IMG/VR virus record: IMGVR_UViG_3300021256_000008 | Location: 21,079-85,078 of that record | DNA length: 64,000 nucleotides | Origin: a virus | Taxonomy: Duplodnaviria > Caudoviricetes | Reading direction: 5' to 3' (one strand) | Part shown: in pieces, positions 19,858 through 29,163 of the stretch | How the letters are laid out: each line of letters begins with the position of its first letter | Numbering within the stretch: the stretch's first letter is position 1 | Translations under genes and position numbers: made by a program | The notes under the pieces: generated by a model | The model's input: only the letters and a program-made list of their open reading frames with translations | Database searches by the model: none | Told to the model about the DNA's origin: nothing

Positions 19858-21603
19858 TTATTCAAACATGTCCCTGTTGATCCTATAGGCAACATAGGCA
19901 TCGAGCATCGCAGAGACATTATCGATCTTCTCTTCGCGATGCTTCTTTCTTAATTTTCTGTTTCCATTAGTATCTTCCTGGGCAACACAATGGCCCATAC
20001 AGAACTGCATAATATCTTCGTCAAAAATAAGTTCACGGCGTTCCGCAAGAACCTTCAGTTCACCAAGCGGAACTGACTCGGTCTTTACACCCTGAGGAAC
20101 TTTTTCAATTCCGTATGGTCCGTTATCGATCTCCCAACGATTGATAAACACCGGCGCATTATATGGGTCGTATCCAACGCACATGACGTTATAGCGCTTA
20201 TCGTTAATAAACTGATAGAGATCTTCATAAACCATACCGATATCAAGAACGGTGGAGTCCATAATAACAAGACTACCTTCACGAAGGAACTTTTCATATT
20301 CCTGTCGAAGTGCTCTCGGAAGCTTTTGGAACGTATAGGACGTAATATAGCTTCGCGCCTTAACTCCAAAGCCTCTTCCCGGAATCGGGAACAGAAATGT
20401 AAAAGCACAAAAGTCGTCACCGAGCGAAAGGTCAGCACCCATCGAGCAGCTCATACCATCGAAGTACTGGCGGTGATGCGGCTTGGTTTCTTCATAAGTA
20501 AAGAAATACGTGTAACCTTCACATGGGATTCCAAAACGTTTGGCCAGAATATCATTACGGTTAGAAGGGCTCTTTTCAGAACGTTCTTTCTCGAGCTTAT
20601 AAGTCTCGTACGTTACTGTGTGACCAAGATTCGGGTTGGCCTTCAGCCACATATTCGGATTCTCGAGTTCCGTAAGATCGTCAAGCTTATACCACCAGAT
20701 GGACACATGAGGATTGTAGTAATCGCCCTTTAAGATGTCCATCAGTTCCATTTTGATTGTATCGCCAGGCCCATTTCGAACGGTTCCTTCCGATGATGTC
20801 GCAACAATTAGCCAATCGTCAACTTTGGCCGCTCCCTGTTCAAGAGCGCCAACGACATCTTCGTTTACAACTCCGGAAAGCCATTCGTCAACGGTTGAGT
20901 ATTTGCATCTTGCGCCCTGAAGCTTATCAATGCGCATAGGACGCGACTCGATAATGGACTGAGTTTCGAAGTTTTCAATACCCTTCTTGGTGGCTGCAAT
21001 CTTGACACGATCCGCTTTCTTCCCGGTCGTATTCTGGAGCGATCCTTCTGTCATGAACTGAAGAACCGGGCCTCTTGCTCTGGCTATCGCGATCTTAAGA
21101 GGCAACAGCGTTTCTTCGGATTGGCGTATCGTAGGTGCCGTGATTATTTGGTCAGTAGATTCTTCGTCCATGATCAGACCATACGCTTGAATACATGTGC
21201 AGTATAGACTTTTTGCTGCGCCACGACCGACAATCAGATACTGCTTATTACGCAACCGCTTCTTAATGTACCGCGTCTCCAGATGAACTCCGGGACCGTA
21301 GCTGTTCGGCACCCAGACATCTCGCCGGATGAAATAGAACCAAGAATAAATATCCTCGGCCCATAATTTAAATGAGTCGAGGAGTCTAAGGTCTCCGCCG
21401 TCCGTAAGGGTTAGTTCCGATTCACAAAAGTTGATCCAACCGTCCATGACCGTATCGTCATAGTAGCAGCGCGGATCGGCGATAAGACCGTCTATAATGT
21501 TCATTTGAAGAGCGACTTCCCGATTCACCGGAATCTCTCTTCTTAGTACGGCGTCTCGAAAAGCGCCGTAATATTTTGGTACAGCGGTGTTCGATAACGC
21601 CAT
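19858..21603 (-). CDS. terL: Terminase large subunit, 581 aa
   Basis: Walker A GRGAAKS, Walker B STVDEW, nuclease GADLSLGDD and KIDNVSAMLDA. Confidence 0.95.
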   Translation of the reverse strand: MALSNTAVPKYYGAFRDAVLRREIPVNREVALQMNIIDGLIADPRCYYDDTVMDGWINFCESELTLTDGGDLRLLDSFKLWAEDIYSWFYFIRRDVWVPNSYGPGVHLETRYIKKRLRNKQYLIVGRGAAKSLYCTCIQAYGLIMDEESTDQIITAPTIRQSEETLLPLKIAIARARGPVLQFMTEGSLQNTTGKKADRVKIAATKKGIENFETQSIIESRPMRIDKLQGARCKYSTVDEWLSGVVNEDVVGALEQGAAKVDDWLIVATSSEGTVRNGPGDTIKMELMDILKGDYYNPHVSIWWYKLDDLTELENPNMWLKANPNLGHTVTYETYKLEKERSEKSPSNRNDILAKRFGIPCEGYTYFFTYEETKPHHRQYFDGMSCSMGADLSLGDDFCAFTFLFPIPGRGFGVKARSYITSYTFQKLPRALRQEYEKFLREGSLVIMDSTVLDIGMVYEDLYQFINDKRYNVMCVGYDPYNAPVFINRWEIDNGPYGIEKVPQGVKTESVPLGELKVLAERRELIFDEDIMQFCMGHCVAQEDTNGNRKLRKKHREEKIDNVSAMLDAYVAYRINRDMFE

Positions 21604-21622
21604 TTTGAATTTTGCTCCTTAA

Positions 21623-23122
21623 TTAATCAATTTGCCAAACATAACGAATGTTTTTACGATTCTCAGGAGTGTCCTCAAAACCAAGATCTTTAAGAACAAC
21701 ACTATCTAGATTTTCTTCTGCTTTGTCATAAGCTTCTCTTGCTTTTTTCATTGCAGGATCGTTATTGAGTTGACGAACTCCTTCTAAAAAGTTGTTATCA
21801 AGATCGTATTTTTTGTATAGACTTTCATTGACGTTTTCTAGTTCGTCCCATTTGTCCTTAAGATCGGCAAGCGCCCTTTCATGATCTTTGGACACCGAAC
21901 GACTGTCGTACCAATTGCCGCTTTTTTCATTATAAGCTTTAGAAATCGCAATATACTTTCCGATATCAGCATCAGAAGGGTTTTCGCCAGTTGCCGATTT
22001 CAAATAGTCTTCCTGAGCCCTCGCACGCTCGTCACGGTCTTTAATATTAGACATGCGATCAAGTTCGAGTTCGCCGTCTTTTTCTAATTTATCCCAATAT
22101 TTTTTATAGATTTCTTTATCCTGTTTGGAAGCTTTCCACTTTCCGTTGCTTCTTTTTCGGTATACATTTCGAAAGGTTCCGTTACTGGCATACCTGGTTT
22201 TTCCTTCTTCGGTCAGTGTCCCGTCTGCATTCTGGTAGCGTCTTACGCCCCATTTCATACCAAGAATGCCATGATGAGCGAGAAAATCTTCGTCGTCTGA
22301 AATATCTTCCACATTAGTTCCGAGTGCGTCATGTGATACATACCAGTCGGGATCCCGCCCGGTGTACCAGTTTGCGTTTTTCGGAAGATTATCAACAATA
22401 TCTTGGACAAGGTCTTCGGTTGACTTCACTTCCGGAATAGACGAAGCTACTTTCTTATTAAGTACATCAACGGAATTAGACCACTTGACGTATTCGGCGA
22501 GTTCATTTGCCGTGAACGCCTTCTGATTCTTCAGAATATCATCAACTGACATGTTTCGAAGAAGTGCCGCCTTGTCAACTTTCTTCTCTTCCGGTTTTTC
22601 ACCGATCTTGAGCATTCTCTTACCGTTGACTTTTCCGGAGTCAACCAGTACGTTGTTAACTTCGGCCATAAGGTTATACATACCCTTTGCGTTTTCAGCG
22701 AGGCCTTTAATCTTGCCGAGATTCTGAGAAAACTGCTGCATTTTGTTCCATCCGCGCTGAATTTCAGCATCACGAATATCTTTCAGCGCAGTATCGGTTC
22801 TGATCTTATTCGTAAGATCACGGATCTCATCGTCGGAAAACTCGGTGCGGTACTTATACAGTCTGCTCGGATGTTTACGAACATGCTCTTTCAGAGCTTC
22901 ATGCTTTTCGGCTTCTGACTCTTTTGCCTTGGCGGCTTTTTCTTCCTTCAGCTTACTTACTTTATCCTTAATCTTTTCTCGGACTGATTTGTCAGAAATT
23001 CCGCGTCTCTGTCGCCCGAGCTGTGTGAGAGATCCGTCTTCGTTCTGATAACGACGAATTCCCCATTTCTGGCCTTTAATGCCGTGATGGGCCAGATAAT
23101 CATTGTTGAGTTCAAATTCCAT
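21623..23122 (-). CDS. Protein with two tandem HHGxxGxKWG modules, 499 aa
   Basis: YLAHHGIKGQKWGIRRYQNEDGSLT at the N-terminus and FLAHHGILGMKWGVRRYQNADGTLT internally. Confidence 0.65.
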   Translation of the reverse strand: MEFELNNDYLAHHGIKGQKWGIRRYQNEDGSLTQLGRQRRGISDKSVREKIKDKVSKLKEEKAAKAKESEAEKHEALKEHVRKHPSRLYKYRTEFSDDEIRDLTNKIRTDTALKDIRDAEIQRGWNKMQQFSQNLGKIKGLAENAKGMYNLMAEVNNVLVDSGKVNGKRMLKIGEKPEEKKVDKAALLRNMSVDDILKNQKAFTANELAEYVKWSNSVDVLNKKVASSIPEVKSTEDLVQDIVDNLPKNANWYTGRDPDWYVSHDALGTNVEDISDDEDFLAHHGILGMKWGVRRYQNADGTLTEEGKTRYASNGTFRNVYRKRSNGKWKASKQDKEIYKKYWDKLEKDGELELDRMSNIKDRDERARAQEDYLKSATGENPSDADIGKYIAISKAYNEKSGNWYDSRSVSKDHERALADLKDKWDELENVNESLYKKYDLDNNFLEGVRQLNNDPAMKKAREAYDKAEENLDSVVLKDLGFEDTPENRKNIRYVWQID

Positions 23123-23148
23123 TATTTAGCCCTCACTTCCTGCAATAT

Positions 23149-23186
23149 TAAAAAGAGAGCCCTGAGGATTACCGCAAGGCTCTCTC
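23149..23186 (-). terminator. Intrinsic terminator
   Basis: Minus strand AGAGAGCC...GGCTCTCT followed by TTTT. Confidence 0.75.
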
Positions 23187-23194
23187 GTTTTTAC

Positions 23195-23794
23195 TTAGTC
23201 GTTCATACCGGCGGCACGAATCATCGAAATGTACTTCTTGAGTTCCTGCTTCTCGTAATCGGAAGCAGATGTATCAAAGAGCTTTTCGAGACAGGAGACC
23301 GCGCGGTCGCTTATGCTGTGACGACTGTAGCCGTGACCACGATCGGAGTATTCAGGACCATAGTACGGATCGCCGCAATAGCTGCGGTTCATGAACTCAG
23401 AAGGATATCCGGGATAACCTGAGTAGCCATCGGAATTGCTCTGATACCAGCCATGAACACCATAGTTGGGATTCCCATAGCTTCCGCGATTCATGCTACC
23501 ATAACTGCGATCCGAGTAGACAGCCCGCTCAGGCATGCCGTAAGAAGTGATATGATACTGACGGTAAGGTTCGCCGTGCATAGAATATCCACGCTCAGCG
23601 TACTCACCTGGTTCTTTCTTCTCTTCCTCGGCCTTGCACTCCTCTACACGGCAGCAAAGCTCGTCGTACAGATGAAGACCGTCAATGGCGGCTTTGGTTT
23701 CGGCAGGAGTGAGGTCATTCTTCTGCATGAGTTCGTCGAGGCATTTCGCTACGACTTTCTTCATGTTTTCCATGGATTCAGTTTTCAGTTCCAT
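23195..23794 (-). CDS. Tyr/Gly/Ser-rich protein with helical termini (spore-coat-like composition)
   Basis: Start moved to MELKTE behind GAGGAGG; central Y/G/S/R-rich low-complexity tract. Confidence 0.55.
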   Translation of the reverse strand: MELKTESMENMKKVVAKCLDELMQKNDLTPAETKAAIDGLHLYDELCCRVEECKAEEEKKEPGEYAERGYSMHGEPYRQYHITSYGMPERAVYSDRSYGSMNRGSYGNPNYGVHGWYQSNSDGYSGYPGYPSEFMNRSYCGDPYYGPEYSDRGHGYSRHSISDRAVSCLEKLFDTSASDYEKQELKKYISMIRAAGMND

Positions 23795-23808
23795 TTTGAA
23801 TTTCCTCC

Positions 23809-24261
23809 TCACTTCTTCTTGAACACAATATTCGCAGCCTGGACCAGAATAGGTGTAGTTCCAGTGTTACGAATACTGAGCGTCTGGCAGCAGCCCTTCC
23901 AAATGGACACGTTGGCAGCTCTGGAGACATTAAAGTACTGTTCAATAGCGGCCGGCGTAACTTCCATTTCGGTTCCTGCCAGAGTATTTCCGTCAAGAGC
24001 GAATGCAACCGAAATAGGTCCGACTGTCTCTCCTTCAAGAATGGCGATATTAGCGCCGAAATCCACCATATAGTCTACGGTAGCCGGCTTGCAGCAACAT
24101 CTCCGAACACAGGAACCGGTATCGATTCCCTTCATCAGAAAGGCGCCGCTGTCCTCACGGTGCAGAATATAACCCCTCGGGCATGACTGTGCCGTATCGG
24201 TGAAGACGATGGCCTCACCGGGGTTGACCGTCTGAACGGCAACACTAGTCCATTCAGCCAT
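23809..24261 (-). CDS. BclA-C-terminal-like beta-sandwich protein, 150 aa
   Basis: VQTVNPGEAIVF, Y.V.FGANIA, I..A..LDG, ANIV; resembles the trimeric C1q/BclA-CTD pattern; Cys cluster CVRRCCCK. Confidence 0.5.
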   Translation of the reverse strand: MAEWTSVAVQTVNPGEAIVFTDTAQSCPRGYILHREDSGAFLMKGIDTGSCVRRCCCKPATVDYMVDFGANIAILEGETVGPISVAFALDGNTLAGTEMEVTPAAIEQYFNVSRAANVSIWKGCCQTLSIRNTGTTPILVQAANIVFKKK

Positions 24262-24273
24262 CTCGGCACCTCC

Positions 24274-25116
24274 TTAACCCATGCAGCCGCAGCCTGTATT
24301 CTGAGGGCAGCAGTTCTGATTCTGAGGGCAGCAGTTCGGATTCTGAACGATATACGCAGGACGCGCCGTCGGCAGAACATACTGCTCAATCTCATTAGCC
24401 AGAGCACGCTGACCGGCCTGAATCGTTGCAGTCTGCTGGGCCTGAGAGGCCAGACGATTCGCTTCGTTCAGCTGAGCCGTAAGAGCAGCAATCTGCTGAT
24501 CCTTACCGGCAAGCTCGAGCTGGCAGATCTTATCCATAACGGTCTGAATACCGGCATTCGTAGCATTGACAATCGCCTGGGTATTGGCATTATTTGCCAT
24601 TAGCATATTGGTCAGACCTTCGTTCAGGGCAGTGCGATCCGCACAGTTCTCAGTCGCGACCGTATACTTTAAGTCGGCGAGGCCGGCACGGTTCTCACAA
24701 CAGCAGCTCTGAAGATTCATGGCCAGGCCATTCATGCCGGAAATCGTCGCTGCCTGATTGGTGTTCAGAGCCTGAAGAATGTTCATGTTGGCATTGCAGC
24801 GGGAGATCTCAGCGTTTGCAAAGCCGTTGTTGATAGCGCCGGTAATGCCGTTCAGAGAACCCATGATGGCAGACTGGTCAAATCCGCGCTGAACATCAGC
24901 GTTCTGCTGGTTGCCAATCATAAACGGCATCATACCGCCCATGCCGCCACCAAAGCCGAAGCCATTGCCCCAACCGTTGTTAGCAAACAGAAGCAGGATA
25001 ATCAGCCACCAGGCAGCGTCGCCGCCGAAGAAGCCGTTACCGAAACCACCGTTACCGCCATACATAGGACTTACGGGCATCGTGAAATTGGCATTACCGT
25101 TTTCAGAGTAAGACAT
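24274..25116 (-). CDS. Gly-rich / TM / coiled-coil protein with Cys-rich tail
   Basis: GGNGGFGNGFFGG-WWLIILLLF-GWGNGFG; N/Q/A-rich heptads; CCCENR; 21-nt tandem repeat encoding NCCPQ twice; start moved to 25116 (SD AAAGGAG). Confidence 0.7.
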   Translation of the reverse strand: MSYSENGNANFTMPVSPMYGGNGGFGNGFFGGDAAWWLIILLLFANNGWGNGFGFGGGMGGMMPFMIGNQQNADVQRGFDQSAIMGSLNGITGAINNGFANAEISRCNANMNILQALNTNQAATISGMNGLAMNLQSCCCENRAGLADLKYTVATENCADRTALNEGLTNMLMANNANTQAIVNATNAGIQTVMDKICQLELAGKDQQIAALTAQLNEANRLASQAQQTATIQAGQRALANEIEQYVLPTARPAYIVQNPNCCPQNQNCCPQNTGCGCMG

Positions 25117-25285
25117 GATAATCTTCTCCTTTGAGAATATGAATTTACGTTCTTTCAATTCGCGCTCTATTTACACAGAAAAATTGCGTCCGGACGAAAG
25201 AGGATGAGCACGGATCATTCCGACGTATAAGGAATATTTAAACCGACCTCTGGTTAGCTGCTCCTTGGTTGGTCTAAACCAATAT

Positions 25286-25320
25286 AAAAAGAGCCTTACG
25301 CAAAATTTGCGCAAAGCTCT
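25286..25320 (-). terminator. Intrinsic terminator after the lysis cassette
   Basis: Minus strand AGAGCTTTGCGCA-aattt-TGCGTAAGGCTC followed by TTTTT. Confidence 0.7.
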
Positions 25321-25481
25321 GATTTGACAAAGTTATTTTGAATTATACTTGATCGTTTTAACCCGCGAAGGGCAACAGTTGTAAAACAAGAAACTGACCT
25401 GTTGACAGTTTAAGTTGTTAAGTTTTTGCTCTTCAAAAGAAAAGTCTACAATACAAATACCACGAAAGTGTAGCTCAAAGA

Positions 25482-25838
25482 TTATACGATAAACGAAATG
25501 TGCCCTCGAAGTCTGTCTTCTGTATTCGATATAGCGTTAAAGCGTGCAGAAACCAAAACATCACCGTTTCTCGATACAGAAAATGTACTGCCGGAAGATG
25601 TAGAACGGTCTGTCCCCATTAAAACATTTACATCCATCTTTGGCCTATACCCTTCTGGAAGCGTCACTATAGTTTTATTTTTCCAAGCACTTATAGTTCC
25701 TAACTCTGAAACAAAATAAAGAGCATCTAAAGTTACTACATTTCCGGCACGGCAGTATTCCACATAGGATACCGTTCCAAGAGTTATTTTTACAGGGGCT
25801 TCTGCTGTGCCTCTTATAATTTTGCTTGTTGCCATCAC
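25482..25838 (-). CDS. Stand-alone receptor-binding head-like domain, 118 aa
   Basis: R.GNVVTL, TLPEGYRP, F.V..NG.V and terminal ISFIV, typical of tail fibre/RBP C-terminal beta domains. Confidence 0.55.
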   Translation of the reverse strand: MMATSKIIRGTAEAPVKITLGTVSYVEYCRAGNVVTLDALYFVSELGTISAWKNKTIVTLPEGYRPKMDVNVLMGTDRSTSSGSTFSVSRNGDVLVSARFNAISNTEDRLRGHISFIV

Positions 25839-25870
25839 TCAGCCCTCCGATTATTTATGTTCATTTTGAT

Positions 25871-26197
25871 TTACTTATCGGAATTCTCGACTTTAACCTT
25901 CGCAACCTTCATGTTCAGAAGATCGGAAACAGTGATGTTGCCGAAGTTAAACGCAGCCGTCTCTTCATCCGGATTTAGGGTGATAGTACCGGCAACATCC
26001 TTACCGTTCTTGTAATAGCTATTAGAACTGATCTGCAGCAGAGCTCCGAGAAATGCGTCGACGGCAACGATCGTTCCGACAATCGCATCGGCATAGGGAA
26101 GATTCCACAGCGGAGCGAGCGCCGCATACAGAGTGCCAAGTGCAGGCAGGACAATCTGGGCAATGTACTTCAGTACGTCATAGGTTTTATTATTCAT
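25871..26197 (-). CDS. Holin (Dp-1-like) with a soluble C-terminal extension
   Basis: NKTYDVLKYIAQIVLPALGTLY; two TM segments; FLGALLQISS..Y. Confidence 0.8.
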   Translation of the reverse strand: MNNKTYDVLKYIAQIVLPALGTLYAALAPLWNLPYADAIVGTIVAVDAFLGALLQISSNSYYKNGKDVAGTITLNPDEETAAFNFGNITVSDLLNMKVAKVKVENSDK

Positions 26198-26718
26198 GAT
26201 TCTTCTCCTTCCTCTTTTAAGAAACTATGTTCTTGAATGCATTTTTCATAGAGCCGCCTTATTTCTTTAATTGCGGCTTCTATAACACCATTCTTGATTT
26301 CATTCTTCTGAATGTGTGATTCATAAGCATCACACTTTTTGATCATAAAATCGAATTGCTCTTTTGTATGCTTTCGCCCATTCATGCAGGCGTTTGCAAA
26401 CTCAAGGATATCGCGTCTGGTATCTTCCAGAGACTTTTTTTCCGATTCGGTGATGTGCTCAGAAAGCTGAGTCTGAACATAATCGACCTTTTTGTCGAGA
26501 GCTTTAATTTCGCCACGAACCGTATCCATTTTCTTATCGATCTTATCGTTGAATCTGGATCCGATCCACTTAATAATAGCGCTCCACGGGCTCCACTTGA
26601 TTTTCGGGATGATCTCGATCCCGATTGACATCAGAAAGATCAGCACGCCCCAGAAAGTCGTCGCTTTCCAACCGATGTAATTTAAAAAATCCTGAAATGT
26701 CATAGGATTTTCCTCCAA
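26194..26718 (-). CDS. Membrane-anchored coiled-coil lysis-module protein (holin-like), 174 aa
   Basis: N-terminal TM segment, heptad repeat region, between endolysin and holin. Confidence 0.55.
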   Translation of the reverse strand: MEENPMTFQDFLNYIGWKATTFWGVLIFLMSIGIEIIPKIKWSPWSAIIKWIGSRFNDKIDKKMDTVRGEIKALDKKVDYVQTQLSEHITESEKKSLEDTRRDILEFANACMNGRKHTKEQFDFMIKKCDAYESHIQKNEIKNGVIEAAIKEIRRLYEKCIQEHSFLKEEGEES

Positions 26719-26833
26719 AGAAAAAATAGAGCGAACCGTTTTATTGGAACGCCCTGTTAAAATTAAACCGGCCCGTTGCTATGAAACCATACAATAATGG
26801 CTGTCATAGCCCCAAACCACAAAAGAAACCACT

Positions 26834-28414
26834 TCATACTTTAAGCAGCTCCTTCCATGTTTTTGGGCCGATTTCACCGTCCAGTTCGAGACCTTTTGCT
26901 TTCTGGAAATGTCGGATCTTCTCATCCATTTCCTTACCGAAGATACCGGTTACGACGATGGTGTAGCCCCAGCACTGCAAAGCTGCCTGCGCAAGCTTCA
27001 CATCGGAGCCCTCATCTTCCATTTTGATTTCGCGAACTCGAATGTTTGGAAACGGAATCTGAGTTACGGGCTCAATAACGGTCTCTTCCTGCTTCGGCTT
27101 CGGTGTGTTAAGCGCTGCCTCCAACGCCTTTCTAGTATCAGGACCGACTTCACCGTCAACAGGATCAAGACCGTGCTCAGTCTGGAACTTCTTCACAGCA
27201 TTGTAGGTATCCGTGCCGAAATCTCCGTCCGCGCCCCATTTACCGAGATCGTATCCAAGCTTCATGAGCTTCTGCTGAAGATCTTTCACGTCTTCGCCGC
27301 TTACACCCATTCGAAGAATGCGATCAGAAGTATTAGAGAATACAGCCGAAACATCACCATTTGATGCAAGCTCCCATCTCGGTCTTCCGTAACCATAAAT
27401 CGACGCACTCGACAGGGAATATGTACGTCTGCTTACCTGATCGGATGAGTTACCTTCAATTGTTGTCACCATTCCGCTGGAAACTGCTTCGACAATTCCT
27501 GTATGGCTCACTTCGCCGGCTGAATAGGTAAAGAAGATCTGATCACCTGGTTTCGGATCATTCGTCCAACGTCCTGCCTGCTTGTAGTACTGTGCTGAAT
27601 AAAGGCATCCGGCGCCGGCACTGTTATATGGCTGACATACCATCTGCCGTCCGATTTCCGCGCCGAAACATTTCACGAACAGCCAGTCTACAAATACATC
27701 GCACCAGGCATAACCGTTCTTGTTTCCATTATAGAAATTCCCGATGGCAGCCAGGTCTCTTGCGTATTTTGTCCAGTTACCTGCTCCTGAGTTTGCGGTC
27801 TTATCGTCAAGACTTGCGTTTGAAGCTTTTTCATGGTAACCGAGTTCGGCTCGTGCCTGGTTGAGAGCCTTTTCGATTGCCTCATCTGCACTAATAGCAG
27901 AAGAACCGTCGTCAAGAGTAAGTGCCGAGAACATTTTAAAGAAGTTCTGAGCTGCCTGATAGCGGTTCACCATGTTGTTTGTTTTTTCTTTCGGATTCTC
28001 CCATTTGTCGAGGAGCTCCCAGGTACAGGCTTTCAGATCCGAACTGCTTGTTACCAGTTTCCACTGATTTGGGAAATAATTTTTCATTTCCCAGAGCAGA
28101 TACTGAATCTGAGTTTCAGAGTCTCCGATCGATTTACCCCTTGCTCGATGGAAATCGTACATGCGGCCTTTTCTTGTGGGTTCGGTCCACTGTGCATATC
28201 CATAGCCAACGCCGTCATAGGAAAACTGATGTCTGGTACGCTCTCCTGAATCTATCTGAGCTGTGTAAACATCATCGGCAATTCCCTTTGAGTCTTCGGC
28301 GTTGTTTGGCCGGAACGCACTTTCGAACTGAATCTGTCCAAGAGTCGCGCAGGCTCCTGCTTGAGTCATACCGGCTTCTCGAAAGCGCCGATAAAGGTGT
28401 TCTTGTGTTGTCAT
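26834..28414 (-). CDS. Endolysin: phage-tail-type lysozyme + CHAP + two peptidoglycan-binding domains, 526 aa
   Basis: LGQIQFESAF...GYGYAQWT (lysozyme); YAWCDVFV...SHTGIV...IEGN (CHAP); G.DVK.LQ..L..LGY..G..DG.FG..T..AV..FQ and a second DGEIGPKTW repeat. Confidence 0.9.
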   Translation of the reverse strand: MTTQEHLYRRFREAGMTQAGACATLGQIQFESAFRPNNAEDSKGIADDVYTAQIDSGERTRHQFSYDGVGYGYAQWTEPTRKGRMYDFHRARGKSIGDSETQIQYLLWEMKNYFPNQWKLVTSSSDLKACTWELLDKWENPKEKTNNMVNRYQAAQNFFKMFSALTLDDGSSAISADEAIEKALNQARAELGYHEKASNASLDDKTANSGAGNWTKYARDLAAIGNFYNGNKNGYAWCDVFVDWLFVKCFGAEIGRQMVCQPYNSAGAGCLYSAQYYKQAGRWTNDPKPGDQIFFTYSAGEVSHTGIVEAVSSGMVTTIEGNSSDQVSRRTYSLSSASIYGYGRPRWELASNGDVSAVFSNTSDRILRMGVSGEDVKDLQQKLMKLGYDLGKWGADGDFGTDTYNAVKKFQTEHGLDPVDGEVGPDTRKALEAALNTPKPKQEETVIEPVTQIPFPNIRVREIKMEDEGSDVKLAQAALQCWGYTIVVTGIFGKEMDEKIRHFQKAKGLELDGEIGPKTWKELLKV

Positions 28415-28427
28415 TTTGAATCACAAC

Positions 28428-28649
28428 CTATCTGTTTCGTCCGGTAAGCTTATTCGCAATGGCTGCATACTGGTTAAACTGATCCGGAGTCATTTTTTCA
28501 TTTTGAATTAATTGTCGAACAATCTGCTCAGGTGACATACCAGTTGGAGCAATCTGTCGTGCCAAGTTCTGAAGAGCAGAATTCAGATCAAAGCCGGGTC
28601 CGAATCCCTGCTGCTGGTTTTGCTGATGAGAGTTAAAGAATGGATTCAT
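28428..28649 (-). CDS. Small Gln-rich conserved phage protein, 73 aa
   Basis: MNPFF..Q-rich, PEQIVRQLIQN..MT.DQFNQ; SD GAGGAGG. Confidence 0.6.
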   Translation of the reverse strand: MNPFFNSHQQNQQQGFGPGFDLNSALQNLARQIAPTGMSPEQIVRQLIQNEKMTPDQFNQYAAIANKLTGRNR

Positions 28650-28662
28650 TACGTTATCCTCC

Positions 28663-29157
28663 TCAACCGTTCAGAAGCTTTTCAAGCTTATTATTCATTC
28701 CGTCGACCGTTCCGGCGAGTTTCTCGACAAGATCGTAAAGCTGCTTGTGCTCATCTTTCGTTACGAACTGAGCTTCGGGGCCGAACGGAAGTTCTTCAAC
28801 TGTGTAGTGAAGGGCATGGATCGGATTTTTAATATTCCCGTTGGCGTCCGTTTCACGACGATAAATCACAGGATTGTTATTATCCTGAAAATACATCTCT
28901 TCGCTCGGAGAAGTCGGATATGACAAAACTTCATCCATGCTTTCGACCCAAACAATATTACATTTAGGCCCGGTAGTCGCATTCATGATCGGATTCATCG
29001 GCTGAGTATTTGGCACCGGATTTACTGTCGGAAGGCTTGTGAATCCTTTCGCAGTTCCTGCAGAAGGTACTGGTGTCGGAAGTACCGGATTAGTAAATGG
29101 TTTGGTTACGGATGTCCCGACCGAAGCCGGGTTTGATCCAAATGTATTTATGCTCAT
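28663..29157 (-). CDS. Pro/Asn-rich protein with a C-terminal conserved domain and coiled coil, 164 aa
   Basis: Low-complexity N-terminus, then IVWVE...YP......YF.D.NNPVIY..D..G; SD AAAGGAG. Confidence 0.6.
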   Translation of the reverse strand: MSINTFGSNPASVGTSVTKPFTNPVLPTPVPSAGTAKGFTSLPTVNPVPNTQPMNPIMNATTGPKCNIVWVESMDEVLSYPTSPSEEMYFQDNNNPVIYRRETDANGNIKNPIHALHYTVEELPFGPEAQFVTKDEHKQLYDLVEKLAGTVDGMNNKLEKLLNG

Positions 29158-29163
29158 TTCTTA

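Noticed and set aside
25180-25230. GGACGAAAGAGGATGAG resembling a hammerhead ribozyme core
   Set aside because: It lacks CUGANGA and the spacing for three stems. The leader may still be structured, but I cannot support a family call.
25324-25349. Plus-strand TTGACA...TATACT as a sigmaA promoter
   Set aside because: The spacer is only 14 nt and there is no credible downstream plus-strand gene.
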